From assembly GCA_026023565.1 (NCBI GenBank), contig JAPETS010000041.1, positions 186,001-250,000 on the forward strand: 64,000 nt of DNA, read 5' to 3'. A program made the translations under genes and the position numbers. Of the stretch, positions 1 to 11,340 are shown piece after piece (positions within the stretch are counted from its first letter, which is position 1; each line of letters starts with the position of its first letter). Source of the stretch: Cirrosporium novae-zelandiae. Lineage: Eukaryota. The notes below the pieces were generated by a model. The model worked only from the letters and a program-made list of their open reading frames with translations. It did not search any database and was not told the DNA's origin.

Positions 1-191
1 TTGTGGGAAATTGGGATTCAGGCGCTCATGAGTGTTGGACCTGGTCTCTATTAAGAAAAATCTACCGCTATATAACGCTTTGAAACCACTGGTGTCTCTA
101 TATGCGCCGAACTAGCAATGCCACCCAACCAAAACTCCAGCATAGCGTTATGAACAGATAGTCTAAAGTATAAATTAATAACTTAAAGCCA

Positions 192-1184
192 TTATACACT
201 CATTTTCATTGCAATTATCTTGTGGGGATTATATCCTTTGACTTCAAAGTCTTCTGGCTTCCATCCATCAATGCTGCCATCCTTGTCACGGTGGATTACC
301 AACTCTGGAAACTCTCTTGGCTCACGCTCTAGCTGAACTTTTAATGCGTCTACATGATCCATGTAAACATGGGCGTCACCCATCGTATGTATAAATGTTC
401 CAGGAATAAGGTCACACACATGTGCTAGCATATGTGTAAGAATGGCATACGAAGCGATATTAAAAGGAACACCAAGACCCATGTCGCAGGACCGTTGATA
501 AAGCTGGCAGGAGAGAACGCCCCTGGATCCAGGTCCGCTGGGAAACGCAACATAAAACTGCGAAAACATATGGCAGGGCGGTAATGCCATCTTCTTCATA
601 TCCGCAGGATTCCATGCGCTCATTATGATGCGTCGATCATAGGGATGATGCTTTAGCTTGTCGATGACTTCCGCTAGCTGATCGACACCTTGGCCGGTGT
701 AGTCTGTTTTTGCATCTACGTACTCGGCGCCAAAATGCCTCCACTGGAATCCGTATACGGGACCTAGATCCCCAACTTCGCGGTGGGCCAGCCCCACGCT
801 ATCGAGGAACTCGCGACTACCGTTGCCATCCCAGATTTTGATGCCCTGCTCAGACAGGGGAAGGGATGATGTGCTGCCGGAGATAAACCACAAGAGTTCG
901 GCGATGACGGCACGGAGGAAAACACGTTTCGTGGTTAGGAGGGGGAGGATTGGGATCGGAGGTTGGGTGGGATCGGAGGACAGTTTGCTCAGGGAAAAGC
1001 GGAGAGCATTTGGGGCGAATACGGCGATGGTTCCGGTGGAGGTGCGGTTGGAGCGATGTTCACCGGTTTTGATGATGTGGTCGATTAGAGAGAGGTATTG
1101 GTATTCTTCATGAGGGGGGTTGTCTTTTTTTTGGCTTGGTGTGTTACCATTGAGCATTACTGAAGTAGTTTGCATGATTGTCAT
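192..1184 (-). CDS. CDC21: Thymidylate synthase (intronless)
   Basis: Motifs [37 protein letters not shown] (catalytic Cys), [18 protein letters not shown]. Confidence 0.98.
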   Translation of the reverse strand: MTIMQTTSVMLNGNTPSQKKDNPPHEEYQYLSLIDHIIKTGEHRSNRTSTGTIAVFAPNALRFSLSKLSSDPTQPPIPILPLLTTKRVFLRAVIAELLWFISGSTSSLPLSEQGIKIWDGNGSREFLDSVGLAHREVGDLGPVYGFQWRHFGAEYVDAKTDYTGQGVDQLAEVIDKLKHHPYDRRIIMSAWNPADMKKMALPPCHMFSQFYVAFPSGPGSRGVLSCQLYQRSCDMGLGVPFNIASYAILTHMLAHVCDLIPGTFIHTMGDAHVYMDHVDALKVQLEREPREFPELVIHRDKDGSIDGWKPEDFEVKGYNPHKIIAMKMSV

Positions 1185-1318
1185 TATAAACAGAAAAATA
1201 GCAATTGAGATTCCTTGTGGTGAAATATGCCAGCTAAATTTTGAAATAGCTAGAAAATGAATTTAAAATTTGTCCACGGCATTGGTAACGTGTCGGTTGC
1301 ATGAATTACACGAACTTG

Positions 1319-1326
1319 ACGCGAAA
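1319..1326. promoter_or_regulatory. MCB/SCB-like element ACGCGAAA upstream of thymidylate synthase
   Basis: Lies about 135 nt upstream of the ATG; yeast CDC21 is a known MBF target. A single short motif only. Confidence 0.4.
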
Positions 1327-1888
1327 GAACTAAGGTTAACCTTTCTCATTTAACTAATCCAGCAACTGATCACTTCTAAGGGACGAGGAATTTCGTTAGA
1401 CGGAATAAAAACTACCAAGACGAATAGGGCCATATAGCACCTAAACAAGGCGACAATATATTGAACAGATTGCTACTGAAGAGTACTTCTTGCCGCAATA
1501 ACGATCTTCCGCACAATCTAGAGGGAAACGCCTATATTTACATAACCCAGGGCGTTTTTTTCGCTAGCAAGTAGGAATGAACAACAGCCTTCCTTTGATC
1601 TTACAAACTAGCTCGTAACTATGAAGAATAATAACAGTAATAATAACTTTGATTAGAATTGACTAGCAATTTTTGTTTCTTTTTTAAATATGAAAAAATA
1701 AATTACTACTACTACTGCTACTACAATTAAAGAGCGTAATATCTCCCTCTCCTTCTCCTTCATAACGCAACATACATGAAAAAATAACCATCAAGTCGTT
1801 AATTCATCGGAAACAAAAGCCTGCTTTTTGTATATATCAGCTTATATTGCCTGGATGAACAGAATGATATGATCTTTTGCGGGGTTGA

Positions 1889-3259
1889 TTAATGAGTCCC
1901 GTTGGGTTTGACGACGGCAACAGTATCGCGGACAGGAAGGTTGATATCGTCAAGGTCGTAAGGAGGTTCCCGCGCAAATACAAGATCGACTCCTTTTCTG
2001 AAAATAAGGCAGTGTGTTGAGCCGCCAAAGTGGAACATCCCGATCTCATCGCCCTTTTTAACTTGCTGGCCGTCCTTGACTATGGTCTCGCAGGTGGAAA
2101 CTTCGGCCATACCGACCGCTATGAAGCACATGAGGCCAATGTCAGGGTTTTCGGCCTCGATGAAGATTATAGCGCGTGTGGCGACGGCGGTGATGTACCC
2201 CTGAGAGAGGTTGGGGCCGGCTGGGTCAGGTCCCTCGGGGTTTGAAAAGCCTGAGCAGAGAGGCTCTGAATAGTAAGTTCCTGGTAGGGTATAGCTCTTA
2301 ACGACTCTACCGCTCACTGGGCAGTGCCAACGATGGTAGCTTTCAGCACTGAGGAAAGCTTGGTAGACGGTTCCACCGATGAATTGGGGGGTAATATCAT
2401 CGTGGGCTAGCATATCAACTAAAGAATAGGGTTGTCCTTTGAGCCAAAACGTGTCACGCTCCTTCACGTTTCGTAAAAGGTTGAAGGGTGCAGACTCGCA
2501 GCAATTAGCGATGACAGCGGTAGGATCTGGAATGTCCGGGTTTGGAGGCCCACCTTCTGGAGCAGTAAGCGGTCGTACCTCGGGCCGGAATCGACGTATA
2601 AAGAAATCGTCCCAAGACCCAAAGCCGTGGTGGGGCAAAGAGGGATCGCAAACGTAGAGTTCTTCAAACGTATAATTGGTATTATTGAGATTGCCCTTTT
2701 CGGTCAATTTAGCTATCGCTTCGTCGCCGAACCAGCCGTCTGGTTCGTTTGTAAGCACCGATGCGGATGCTGGAGACATCAAATACTCTCCCCATTGGCC
2801 CAGCATCTTAGAGAACTGCTCATTGACTTTCTCGCTCAGAAAAAAGGCGTAGCCACTTGGTGTTCCCATGGGCCAATCCAGAATAGCGTTGATTGGAAAC
2901 CCAATAAGACCAACTTGTTCGGCAGTAGAACTCCACGTTGGTGCGGTTTGCATGATATGGTTGAAAAGTTGGAACATATGTTTGTAGTCGCGTACCTGGC
3001 AGGCTCCCGTTGGATCTTCGTTGTATGGAGGCTTGTCAGGTACTTCTAGGAGCATCCCGGTGGCAAGCATATGGAGAGTTGAGTCGTTCTCGACCGTATC
3101 TTGAAATTCTTGGAGAACCGGCATCAACGGCTTTGGATGGGTGTCAACATGCTTAACCAACTTTGAAAGCCAGTGCTTAGTAACAGCAGGGTTCTCTGGT
3201 AGCCATTTTCCCGTTCTATGGACGTGGCCAGGGCGTTTTTTCACTATGATGTTGTCCAT
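1889..3259 (-). CDS. PsiD-like pyruvoyl-dependent decarboxylase (phosphatidylserine decarboxylase family with PSDC N-terminal domain), intronless
   Basis: LIGFPINAILDWPMGT, FGSWDDFFIRRFR, CCESAP, YHRWHCPVSG and self-cleavage motif FHFGGST; first ATG at 3259. Confidence 0.88.
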   Translation of the reverse strand: MDNIIVKKRPGHVHRTGKWLPENPAVTKHWLSKLVKHVDTHPKPLMPVLQEFQDTVENDSTLHMLATGMLLEVPDKPPYNEDPTGACQVRDYKHMFQLFNHIMQTAPTWSSTAEQVGLIGFPINAILDWPMGTPSGYAFFLSEKVNEQFSKMLGQWGEYLMSPASASVLTNEPDGWFGDEAIAKLTEKGNLNNTNYTFEELYVCDPSLPHHGFGSWDDFFIRRFRPEVRPLTAPEGGPPNPDIPDPTAVIANCCESAPFNLLRNVKERDTFWLKGQPYSLVDMLAHDDITPQFIGGTVYQAFLSAESYHRWHCPVSGRVVKSYTLPGTYYSEPLCSGFSNPEGPDPAGPNLSQGYITAVATRAIIFIEAENPDIGLMCFIAVGMAEVSTCETIVKDGQQVKKGDEIGMFHFGGSTHCLIFRKGVDLVFAREPPYDLDDINLPVRDTVAVVKPNGTH

Positions 3260-5400
3260 TATGAATAAATCAATGACAATTTCTGGATTCTTCAAAGACT
3301 TGATGTAGATAGGTATTTGGGGTTGTAGGAATCAAACAAGATGTAAAGGCTGGCAAGAAAGGAGAAGTCATCGAGCCTTTTTATCATTTTCAAGTGTAAA
3401 AGCAGCATGCCCTCAACGCACCTCCTCCACCCCATAGTGACGACTTGTATGGAATCCCCCCCCCGCTCACCTGTAGTGTAACAAAGCACGAGTGTGTGTA
3501 CTAGCGCTCGCCACATAATGAGAGGCAGATAAAATACATTGAGTTAACACAAGAGTCATACAAAAATGCTATATCGAATATTGAATATGCTTTTTCTCTG
3601 CACTCGAGAACCATTCAGCTCGGCTCTTTAGGATCATTTATGTTAAGGATGTTTTTAATTAATTGAAAGAAGAAAGGAAGAAAGTAACATATTTGAACCA
3701 TAAAGCTTTAAACAGGTTCTGGTGTTTCACCAATTCGCGATTTATATGGATGAACGATAGCAGTTTGTAGGTTTGCGGGAGTGCAAGCTGGGGGTTTATG
3801 CTACATGTGAAAATATGACGGGGATATTCAAATAGAGGAGCAAGTATATAATAGAAGTTATAAAATATGCCTAGGAGTAACCGTCTAAGCATTGCAAGTA
3901 AGGGAACCCCCGAATAACTCTAACTGCATATGGTTAGGTCTACGGGAGAAACGCTAATTATTACGTTCGACTCTTTCAGGTCTATTTGGTAAAGATCATT
4001 AACGCTACCAATTTTGTTTTTTCTCGTAGCTACAAACGCCCTTAGAAATAAATTCTCGAAACGACTAATAGCGATAAAAAAAAAGTGATGTTTCGAAAAC
4101 TGTTGTTTATCATGCCTTTGAAAAGGCTCGTGATAACAGACAAAGCCTCACCCAAATGTTCCAGAATTCCCAGAATATAAAATTAAGGTTTTCGAAAACC
4201 CTTTTTATTATCATTGATGAGCGACTGTGACGTCTATGGCGTTGAGATAGGTGCGGGGAAGCTCGTCGTGGATAATATGGGAAGCTCTTATAGCAAAGAG
4301 GGAAGGATAAAGGTAAAGATAGCATTCAGTTTATACATTAATGCAGACCCTACAATTGTAGTACAGCTACGTTATGTAGAGCCTGTAGAGCGTCACGAGA
4401 GGGAAAGGAGTTTTTAGCGATTGGCCTCCTAAAGCTTATAGCATTAAGCACCAAGGAATAGAGAAATCATGATGATAAAGTAGAAAGAATGTGACAGGGA
4501 AGCTGTAGGTGAAGCTAGTAGAGTGGATATGTGTTGATTATTCTAAGTTGATCTTCCCCAAGCGGGGTTCTAATACTACAAGCCAAGCTAACCACCTTCA
4601 ACGGTGAGCAAACTGTGTGAAAAACTAACCCTTAACCCTGTTGCTTTAAAGAAATGGCTTCTTTTCAGCGCTATCATTGAATTTAAGCGTGACTTGATAT
4701 GCAATTCTGTTACGCTAAATATTCTTATAATATGTTCTCAACAGTTTGTCTCTTGTTAACAGGATCTTGGTAAGATCATAATCTGATATAGGTTAGCTAA
4801 GGATGAAGATGCAAGAGCAGATATGAACGGATAATAGAATTGACCAATATGGTGAAAGGATAGATAATAAACAAAAATGGTTTACCAGATGAACCAAAGC
4901 ACAAAAGTGCTAAGGCTACTCGAGTACGTTTGGTACCGAAAGTACTCTCGACGAAAACTCCTGCATGATAAATCAACGTCATGCCGAGATCTCGACGGCA
5001 GCTTAGCCCGATACCGCTAGCCTATAATTTGACATCCAGGGGTGGGTGGGGGAGATCGTCGTCTTGATCAACCACCACCGTGAAAAAGGAATGACCTGGA
5101 AGATGAGCGTGTATATCGTCCTAGGGCTATGATAGAGGAGGACTCTCTTCAACCAGATACTCTATTATTTTTTTGATTATTCTCTTTTAAAAAAATTGGA
5201 AATTTCCGCCCAAACATTTATCACTTAGACTACTATTTTTTATTTATAAACAGTGGAATTCTTTATTGAGTATGTGTATTAGCTCTATGACAGCCTTTTT
5301 ATGAAAGGTGATGGTGTGTTAATTTAATAGATACGAAGAGGGAGGAGGGGAGCTATGCAGTGTAACCTTGGACCATAATGACAAGAGAGCTGTCTAACGC

Positions 5401-6400
5401 AAACTATTTCTCGGCATCATCCTCCAAGGGAGTAATCCGCAGCTGCATACTGGATGATTGATGTGTTGGATGAATGCAAGAAATTCCATATCCTCTTTTC
5501 GCTAATATCTAAGATACGTACAGTACATTTCTATACATCTTCATTACAAGTTGCAATACCAAGGAGATTGAGCAAGGTTTCATTGGACTCAGCTCTATTG
5601 TTAATCGTCAGCAGATCCTTGCTTCGGATACGGTCGAAGGCCTCGAATTTTTCATCGATCCTAGAATGGATCGACATCCTATCGGTGATGACGGGAGTTA
5701 GAGTGGCTTTGGGGGTAAGGCTTTTCGAAAGTCTGCGGGGTCATTTTTATGTGTTCGCCTCGTGATTGAAGAGCTGAAGCACACTTTTTCCGAGGAGGCT
5801 GCCAAGGAGTTCTTCAACGATATACCTGCAGACATGAATCCCGTGTACTCAAGGATGCTCGATAATGTGTCTAAGATGAGCAAAACTGTAAAGCTCGCAG
5901 AAGTAATATTTACATGGGTCATCTGCGAGCTAAGGTCAATGACGATCGACGAACTCTGGTGCGTTCTGAAACTCAACATCAACGAGACGGTTCCTAACTT
6001 GGAGATATCTATTCTTACAATGTATGGTCAGTTGGTCTGTGTTAATCAGGGCTTGTGGATCCAAATAATACACCAAACTATTAAAACCCTTCTACTTAAG
6101 TATGACTTGGATTTGGACTTTGCTGTAAAAAGATCAGTCACACTTAACTTGCAAATAATCGTCGAAAGTTCCTCGTGGGAATCTATTCCAGGAACCCTAA
6201 GATTCAGAAGCCAAGAGTTGTTGGAAACCCGGGTTCCACTACGGATTCTGCCTTTGCCAATTGTGTCTACATATTCATTTCCGACCACCCCTCAAGAAGA
6301 TGCCGCAGGCAAAGCGGCATTTTTTTTATTCTTTCCGAAAGGCAGAGCAGCACGGGAGAAACTATTCTTCATTTTATCTCAAAACATGAATACGTTCTAG
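5401..6400 (+). pseudogene. Degenerate NACHT-domain (fungal NLR-like) gene fragment
   Basis: Across shifting frames: YWMIDVLDEC (Walker B-like), IFITSC, KSAGSFLCVRLVIEEL, YSRML and IIHQT (winged helix). At least two frameshifts and an in-frame TAG near 5700; no Walker A seen. Confidence 0.8.
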
Positions 6401-6876
6401 TCAAGAAGCATAAGCTAGGTAATAATAAAACGGGGTTTAGATTTCGTGAAAACTGTGGTGCTCTCAAAGGTATGCAGATGGACCTTAGTAAAAGGTGAAT
6501 GTGGAGACGAACAGTCTATGCCTTAAGCGTGAGATGCGCAACAGGAATATATTTGTTGATATTATGAAGCTTGAACTTTCTGAAATTATGACGTTGATTG
6601 TGATAATAATGATGGTTTATTTATATTCATGTAAAATCATGAAAATAGATCGTCAATAAATATTGGTGATAACCTTCCTAGTTTCGATGAGTCTATTTCA
6701 TACAAGGAGAGTCGTAGTCTCCACATAAATGTCCTAATGCCAACTATTACAGGGCGGAGAATTTACCTAGAGGAAATTAGAAAATAGATATCCATCCCAT
6801 TCATCATTAATACCTAGTAAACACCAATGAAATCCGGTCGCGATGCATCCCAAGGTATATATATTTCAAAGATCGC

Positions 6877-7888
6877 TTATGCTTCAATTAAATCCGGTAC
6901 AGCAGGGCCAATACCCCGCAAGAGAACTATTGTGTTCCCATTCACCAAGATTTCCCCAGATTTCTCGGAAAACTCTAGAAGCCTCCCTGCCTCCACATGA
7001 AACACTCTTAGTCGTTCTTCTTCCCCTCCTCCTCTGTTGTTGACATTCTGCACTTGGAGTTGTTTTGCCGCTGCATCTAGTACTCGCCCAATACTCCATT
7101 GCTTATTGAAAAAGCACTCTCCTTTCGGAAACTTGGAACTTGTTGTCGCGGCCTCCGCCTCAACAAAAAGATATATCCGCTTATCCACTGGGATGCTATT
7201 GTCACCCTTCGCCGTCTTTTTTAATTGTACTACTGCGGCTGCCCTCGCGGCAGGGCTATTCACTTTTGGTTTAGGTTTCGGCAAAGCGGCCTGCTTTTCC
7301 TTCCCCCAAGCCCTCAGTTTCCCAAACATCTGTTTCGCCTTCTCCGTCTGCGCCTGCGCGTTCAGCCGTGCATTGAAAGGTCGTGCGCCTAGTGGTATGA
7401 GGTTTTTGCAATTGTGGTCTTCTAGCATTCTATGCTTTAGGCAGTATTCTCGATTGCATGTGGTGCAATGTACACTGGGGTTTTGTAGAGTATTGATGTA
7501 GGTTTTGCATTTTGGATGGGAGCATTGTTTGGCGGTGGCGAGGGTCGGTTTCTGGGAGGGAATGGACGTCATAGAGGAGGAGGCATTTGCTTTCCGCCGG
7601 GCAGCTGCCCATTCGCCAGCATGGGGGCATTTGTGAGCTGTTTCGGTGCGGTGGTCAAGGCAATATGTTCTATATTATCATAAAAAATAAGTATTAAAAA
7701 CCCTGCGCGTTTGAGAACTAGGAGCTTACGTACTTTTTGCAGCTAAGACATTTGAATGGTAGGAAGTCGAGTTGACCGCAGAATTCGGCCTGACAATGCG
7801 CTCCGAGTTCTTCGAGATCTCTGTCACCGACAGCCATTGCGGTGTACGACTGTCCGCCCACTTCGATAGTTGAGGATGAAGCTTCCAT
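6877..7888 (-). CDS. AN1-type zinc finger protein with C-terminal ubiquitin-like domain (Cuz1/ZFAND1-like), 315 aa
   Basis: Exons 7888-7734 and 7669-6877 join in frame; two AN1 fingers (CGQLDFLPFKCLSCKKTYCLDHR; CTTCNREYCLKHR); WSIGRVLD. Confidence 0.9.
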
Positions 7889-8910
7889 GTTGTCCCAAAT
7901 GTGTAGATAAATATTTATTCGAATATATGTATAGATGATTAGTCAATTAGCCACCATCGCCTCCGCAGGCAAAAGTGGTCGTCGTCAGCAGGAGCCTTGT
8001 GAACTGTGTCCTCCTACCTTGCTGACAGATAGTTTCTAGAAGCGGAGACCAGCCTTGAAGATGCTAGAAGACAGGGGTGTATTACTAGCCCGCGGCTACT
8101 TTCAACCTTAAATCGTAAAACTGAACCTAAAATGTATTTTGAGTTCGACCCATCGACCCATCCTTTATACCAACATCCCCCCCTCAGATCATCATCGTCG
8201 TTTGTATCAGCACCATCATAACTCTCGAGATGATCACCCCTTTTAGAGAGTTTTTCACTCTCAAGCGTATTAACATCATTATTATAACTAGACTCTGAAT
8301 CTATGGCCTCGTCTTTGTACAGATTTATTTTGGTATATTTGCGGCCAAATTGATCAAGAATATTTCTATACATCTTTACTCCACCTTTTGCTGGATATTA
8401 GAACCTATCTCATAGTGTATTTATCATTTATTTATTAATTGCAGCTTTGTGTCTCTGCCGAAACTTTCTTTCTACTCCTACAATGTCAATGATTCATTTT
8501 TTATCCCAAGCGCACTTTTCCTCCATCTCCTTTGCTCGAACTTTCAACTTAGTAACCCAGAATAAGTGAGGTCTCATGTCAAAGAAGCTATTACGATCTA
8601 GTACTGTCAATTCTCTTATCAAGAGCTCTTCTGTTTAGATTCATCTACTTTCTCTTTCTGTTTTTGTCTTATATTATCCTTCCAGCGCACCTCATATTTA
8701 AGGCACGATTTTCAGACAGCAATAAAGGTACTAACGGTAAATTTATCAACACACGTTTAAATATCAAGGAGGTAGGAGGATTGAGCTCGAACTAAGAAAT
8801 TATATCTACATTGTGGAGGATATCAAGAATTTAATAAATATAACGCCTATGCTAATCCTTTACAAACTAGGGTAGTGCTAATCTACTGAGAAGGGGGAGG
8901 CCTATACGCT

Positions 8911-9763
8911 CTACCATGGTACAGCCATAGGCTTCTTATCTTCAGAGTCCTTCTTCCAGAATCCACTTGGATATTCTTCCCTTTCACATGCTATGAGCTC
9001 GACAATGATCCCTGCACCATCAAGTGGGTCTCGAGCACCACGATATCCATTGAATGCAGTCGCACAGTGTCCGGGGCAGGCCGAGTGGAATACCACATTT
9101 TTGTTCTCATCAACTCTGGAAAATTCCACCATTAGGAGATTAAGCGCAGCTTTACTGACACCATATGAAATGGCTTGTGTTGGAGGGCTGGTGCCGGAAG
9201 CAGATATCTTGAGAGATCCTCGTCTAGAGGAGATACTAATCACTCGTGGGTCGGAAGAAGTCTCTCTTATGAGTGGTAGGAATACCATCATGGTGTACGC
9301 CACCGGTGTGATATTCATATTGAATATTCTGTTGTAGGAATTTCGGAGGCTTGAGAGGTCTTTGATTATTTCAGCTATGGCAGCGTTATTCACCAAGACT
9401 AGAAAAGAAATCAACAAGGATAGTCGGACAGTGTAATATTGTGCGCTGCTTACTGTCTAACTTCCCATATTTTGATCTTACGTCACGTTCTGCGGCTTGA
9501 ATGCTATCATTATCCGTAATATCAATCTGCACAACATTCATCTCTGATTTGGCACCAAGTGCTCTCAATTTCTTGATAGCTTCCTCACCATTTTCGACTG
9601 AGCGGCAACCAAGTAAAAGATGGGAGGATGGTAGACGTTGAGAAAGTGCTTGGACAATGCAAAAGCCAATGCCTGTTCCATGATATAAGCTATGGAGTCA
9701 TATGGGGTACACTGGATGCAAACCTCTATTGGCACCTATGACCAAAACTGTCTTTCCTGTCAT
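8911..9763 (-). CDS. Short-chain dehydrogenase/reductase (carbonyl reductase-like), 248 aa
   Basis: Exons 9763-9724, 9672-9454, 9398-8911; GANRGIG, LDILVNNAA, YGVSK, CPGHCATAFNG. Confidence 0.9.
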
Positions 9764-11340
9764 TGTTAATGGGGTTTTCGGTTGATAGTTTGGGGGTGCG
9801 ATCGCTCGATATTCTTGAGAGTAATGGGCTTGAGCAAGTAAAAGGGGATATCTAGCCTATCTTTATATATTTCTTGACTACCTAGGTATATTACCAACGG
9901 GCTTAAGTTCAACTTCGAAGCACCAATTCAGATCTCATTAACGGAATTTAAGATTAAACGCCGAAAGGAAATCCTGCAACCTTTTACTGGGTCGATGTAA
10001 AAACAAAGTGGTGCTAGTAAGACACTTCCTTGTTGCTCCCTCCTATGTAGTTTCCATTGCAGCTTATTAACTCCGACAGCAGTAAAGCATATCCGGGAGC
10101 TTGAGTGAACTGGTACATGACAAAAAACAGTCAATAAGCCTCTGTGTTCTACTCAAAAAAAAAAATTTTTTTCAACGTAGGTGGTTGATCTTAAGGGTGT
10201 TGAGTAGTTTCTCCAACAGTAACTTAATTTAACATCCCTAACTGTTGTCTAAATAATTAAGACTCTTGGAGTTTGGGTCTTAAAATAGGGCTAATACTTC
10301 CTATACCAATGGAGATAACAAATATTCGTGGAGATAAAACTGGAGTAAGTACCTAGGTACCTACTAAGTAGGTGGAGAAACCGACGTTGGAGTTTACAAA
10401 ATAAATTAAAGCCGAGCACGTGTCAGGGAAAGTTACCTTGTTTGCTAAGAAGCTTCAACTTGAGAATATTGTTAATACTGAAGATCTCTCCCGTGATTCA
10501 TTTTCGCTTTTGGCTTGCTTCCGTATTAGTTGTGACTTGATGCGAAGTAAATGGGTGCCAGTAGACCAGTGGTTTTTAGGCTGCCATGGAATCCTACAAG
10601 TACGAGTTTAGCTAGGTCGAGGCCAAAATGTCCCATGCCTTGCTCGCGATAAGAAGTTCTTGCTATAATGCTGCCTTTGTCGTTCATTAAGGCCAGGTTT
10701 TTTTGATTTTTAGATCCCGTCCAAACCCCCCTCCGAAGTCAGTTTCACCAAAAAGGCGAAGGCGCCTCCGAATTTTGAATTTCAGATCCAAAGCTCAGTT
10801 GGACACGGTTATCTCCTTAGAGCGTCCACAAATGGCGCACGCTTATAGGGATGTTATGTAAGGATTATACTCGAGTAATAAGTCAGATCACTATTTTCAG
10901 CCAGGTTTAGGTATCAACTTCTTTGCTGAATTATTGAGCCTCAAGATCTTGCCATTGGGCCAATTGATCCCCCAGTTTGGCCCCCCCTGCTAGCAGGCGC
11001 TTTTGGAGCCCCGTCTAAGAGATAGTATATTGTCAGATGCCATAAATACCAGGTTGGGTTTGATTCCTAAGAGCGCCAGTGATTGGTCACACTGGTATCA
11101 GTGTTCTTCTTATATATCTAAATACAGCTTTAAATACGACTCCACAGAACGCTCATACGTACTGTGGTGTAACTAATGGAACAATTGCCCTTATATTGGC
11201 TGGACATCAACATATCAATTCCAACATAGCCTCGCTAGTGATTCTTCCATTAACAGCTCGCCTGTCTTTGTTTGCCTTCCAGCCTCAAATATGCGTCGCC
11301 CTTTATCAGGAAGGTAGTATATCATTCTCGTATCTTTACT

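Noticed and set aside
4625..4639. Telomere-like CTAACCCTTAACCCT (telomerase template or interstitial telomere)
   Set aside because: Only two imperfect units and no supporting structure
3600..5300. Transposon remnant in the AT-rich spacer (repeated TTTCGAAAA)
   Set aside because: No transposase or RT motif, terminal repeat or target-site duplication could be identified
8014..8373. 119-aa acidic ORF
   Set aside because: No recognisable motif; may be a gene relic but cannot be supported
1889..9763. Psilocybin-like or other biosynthetic cluster around the PsiD-like gene
   Set aside because: No PsiK, PsiM, PsiH or backbone enzyme; the SDR is separated by a core gene
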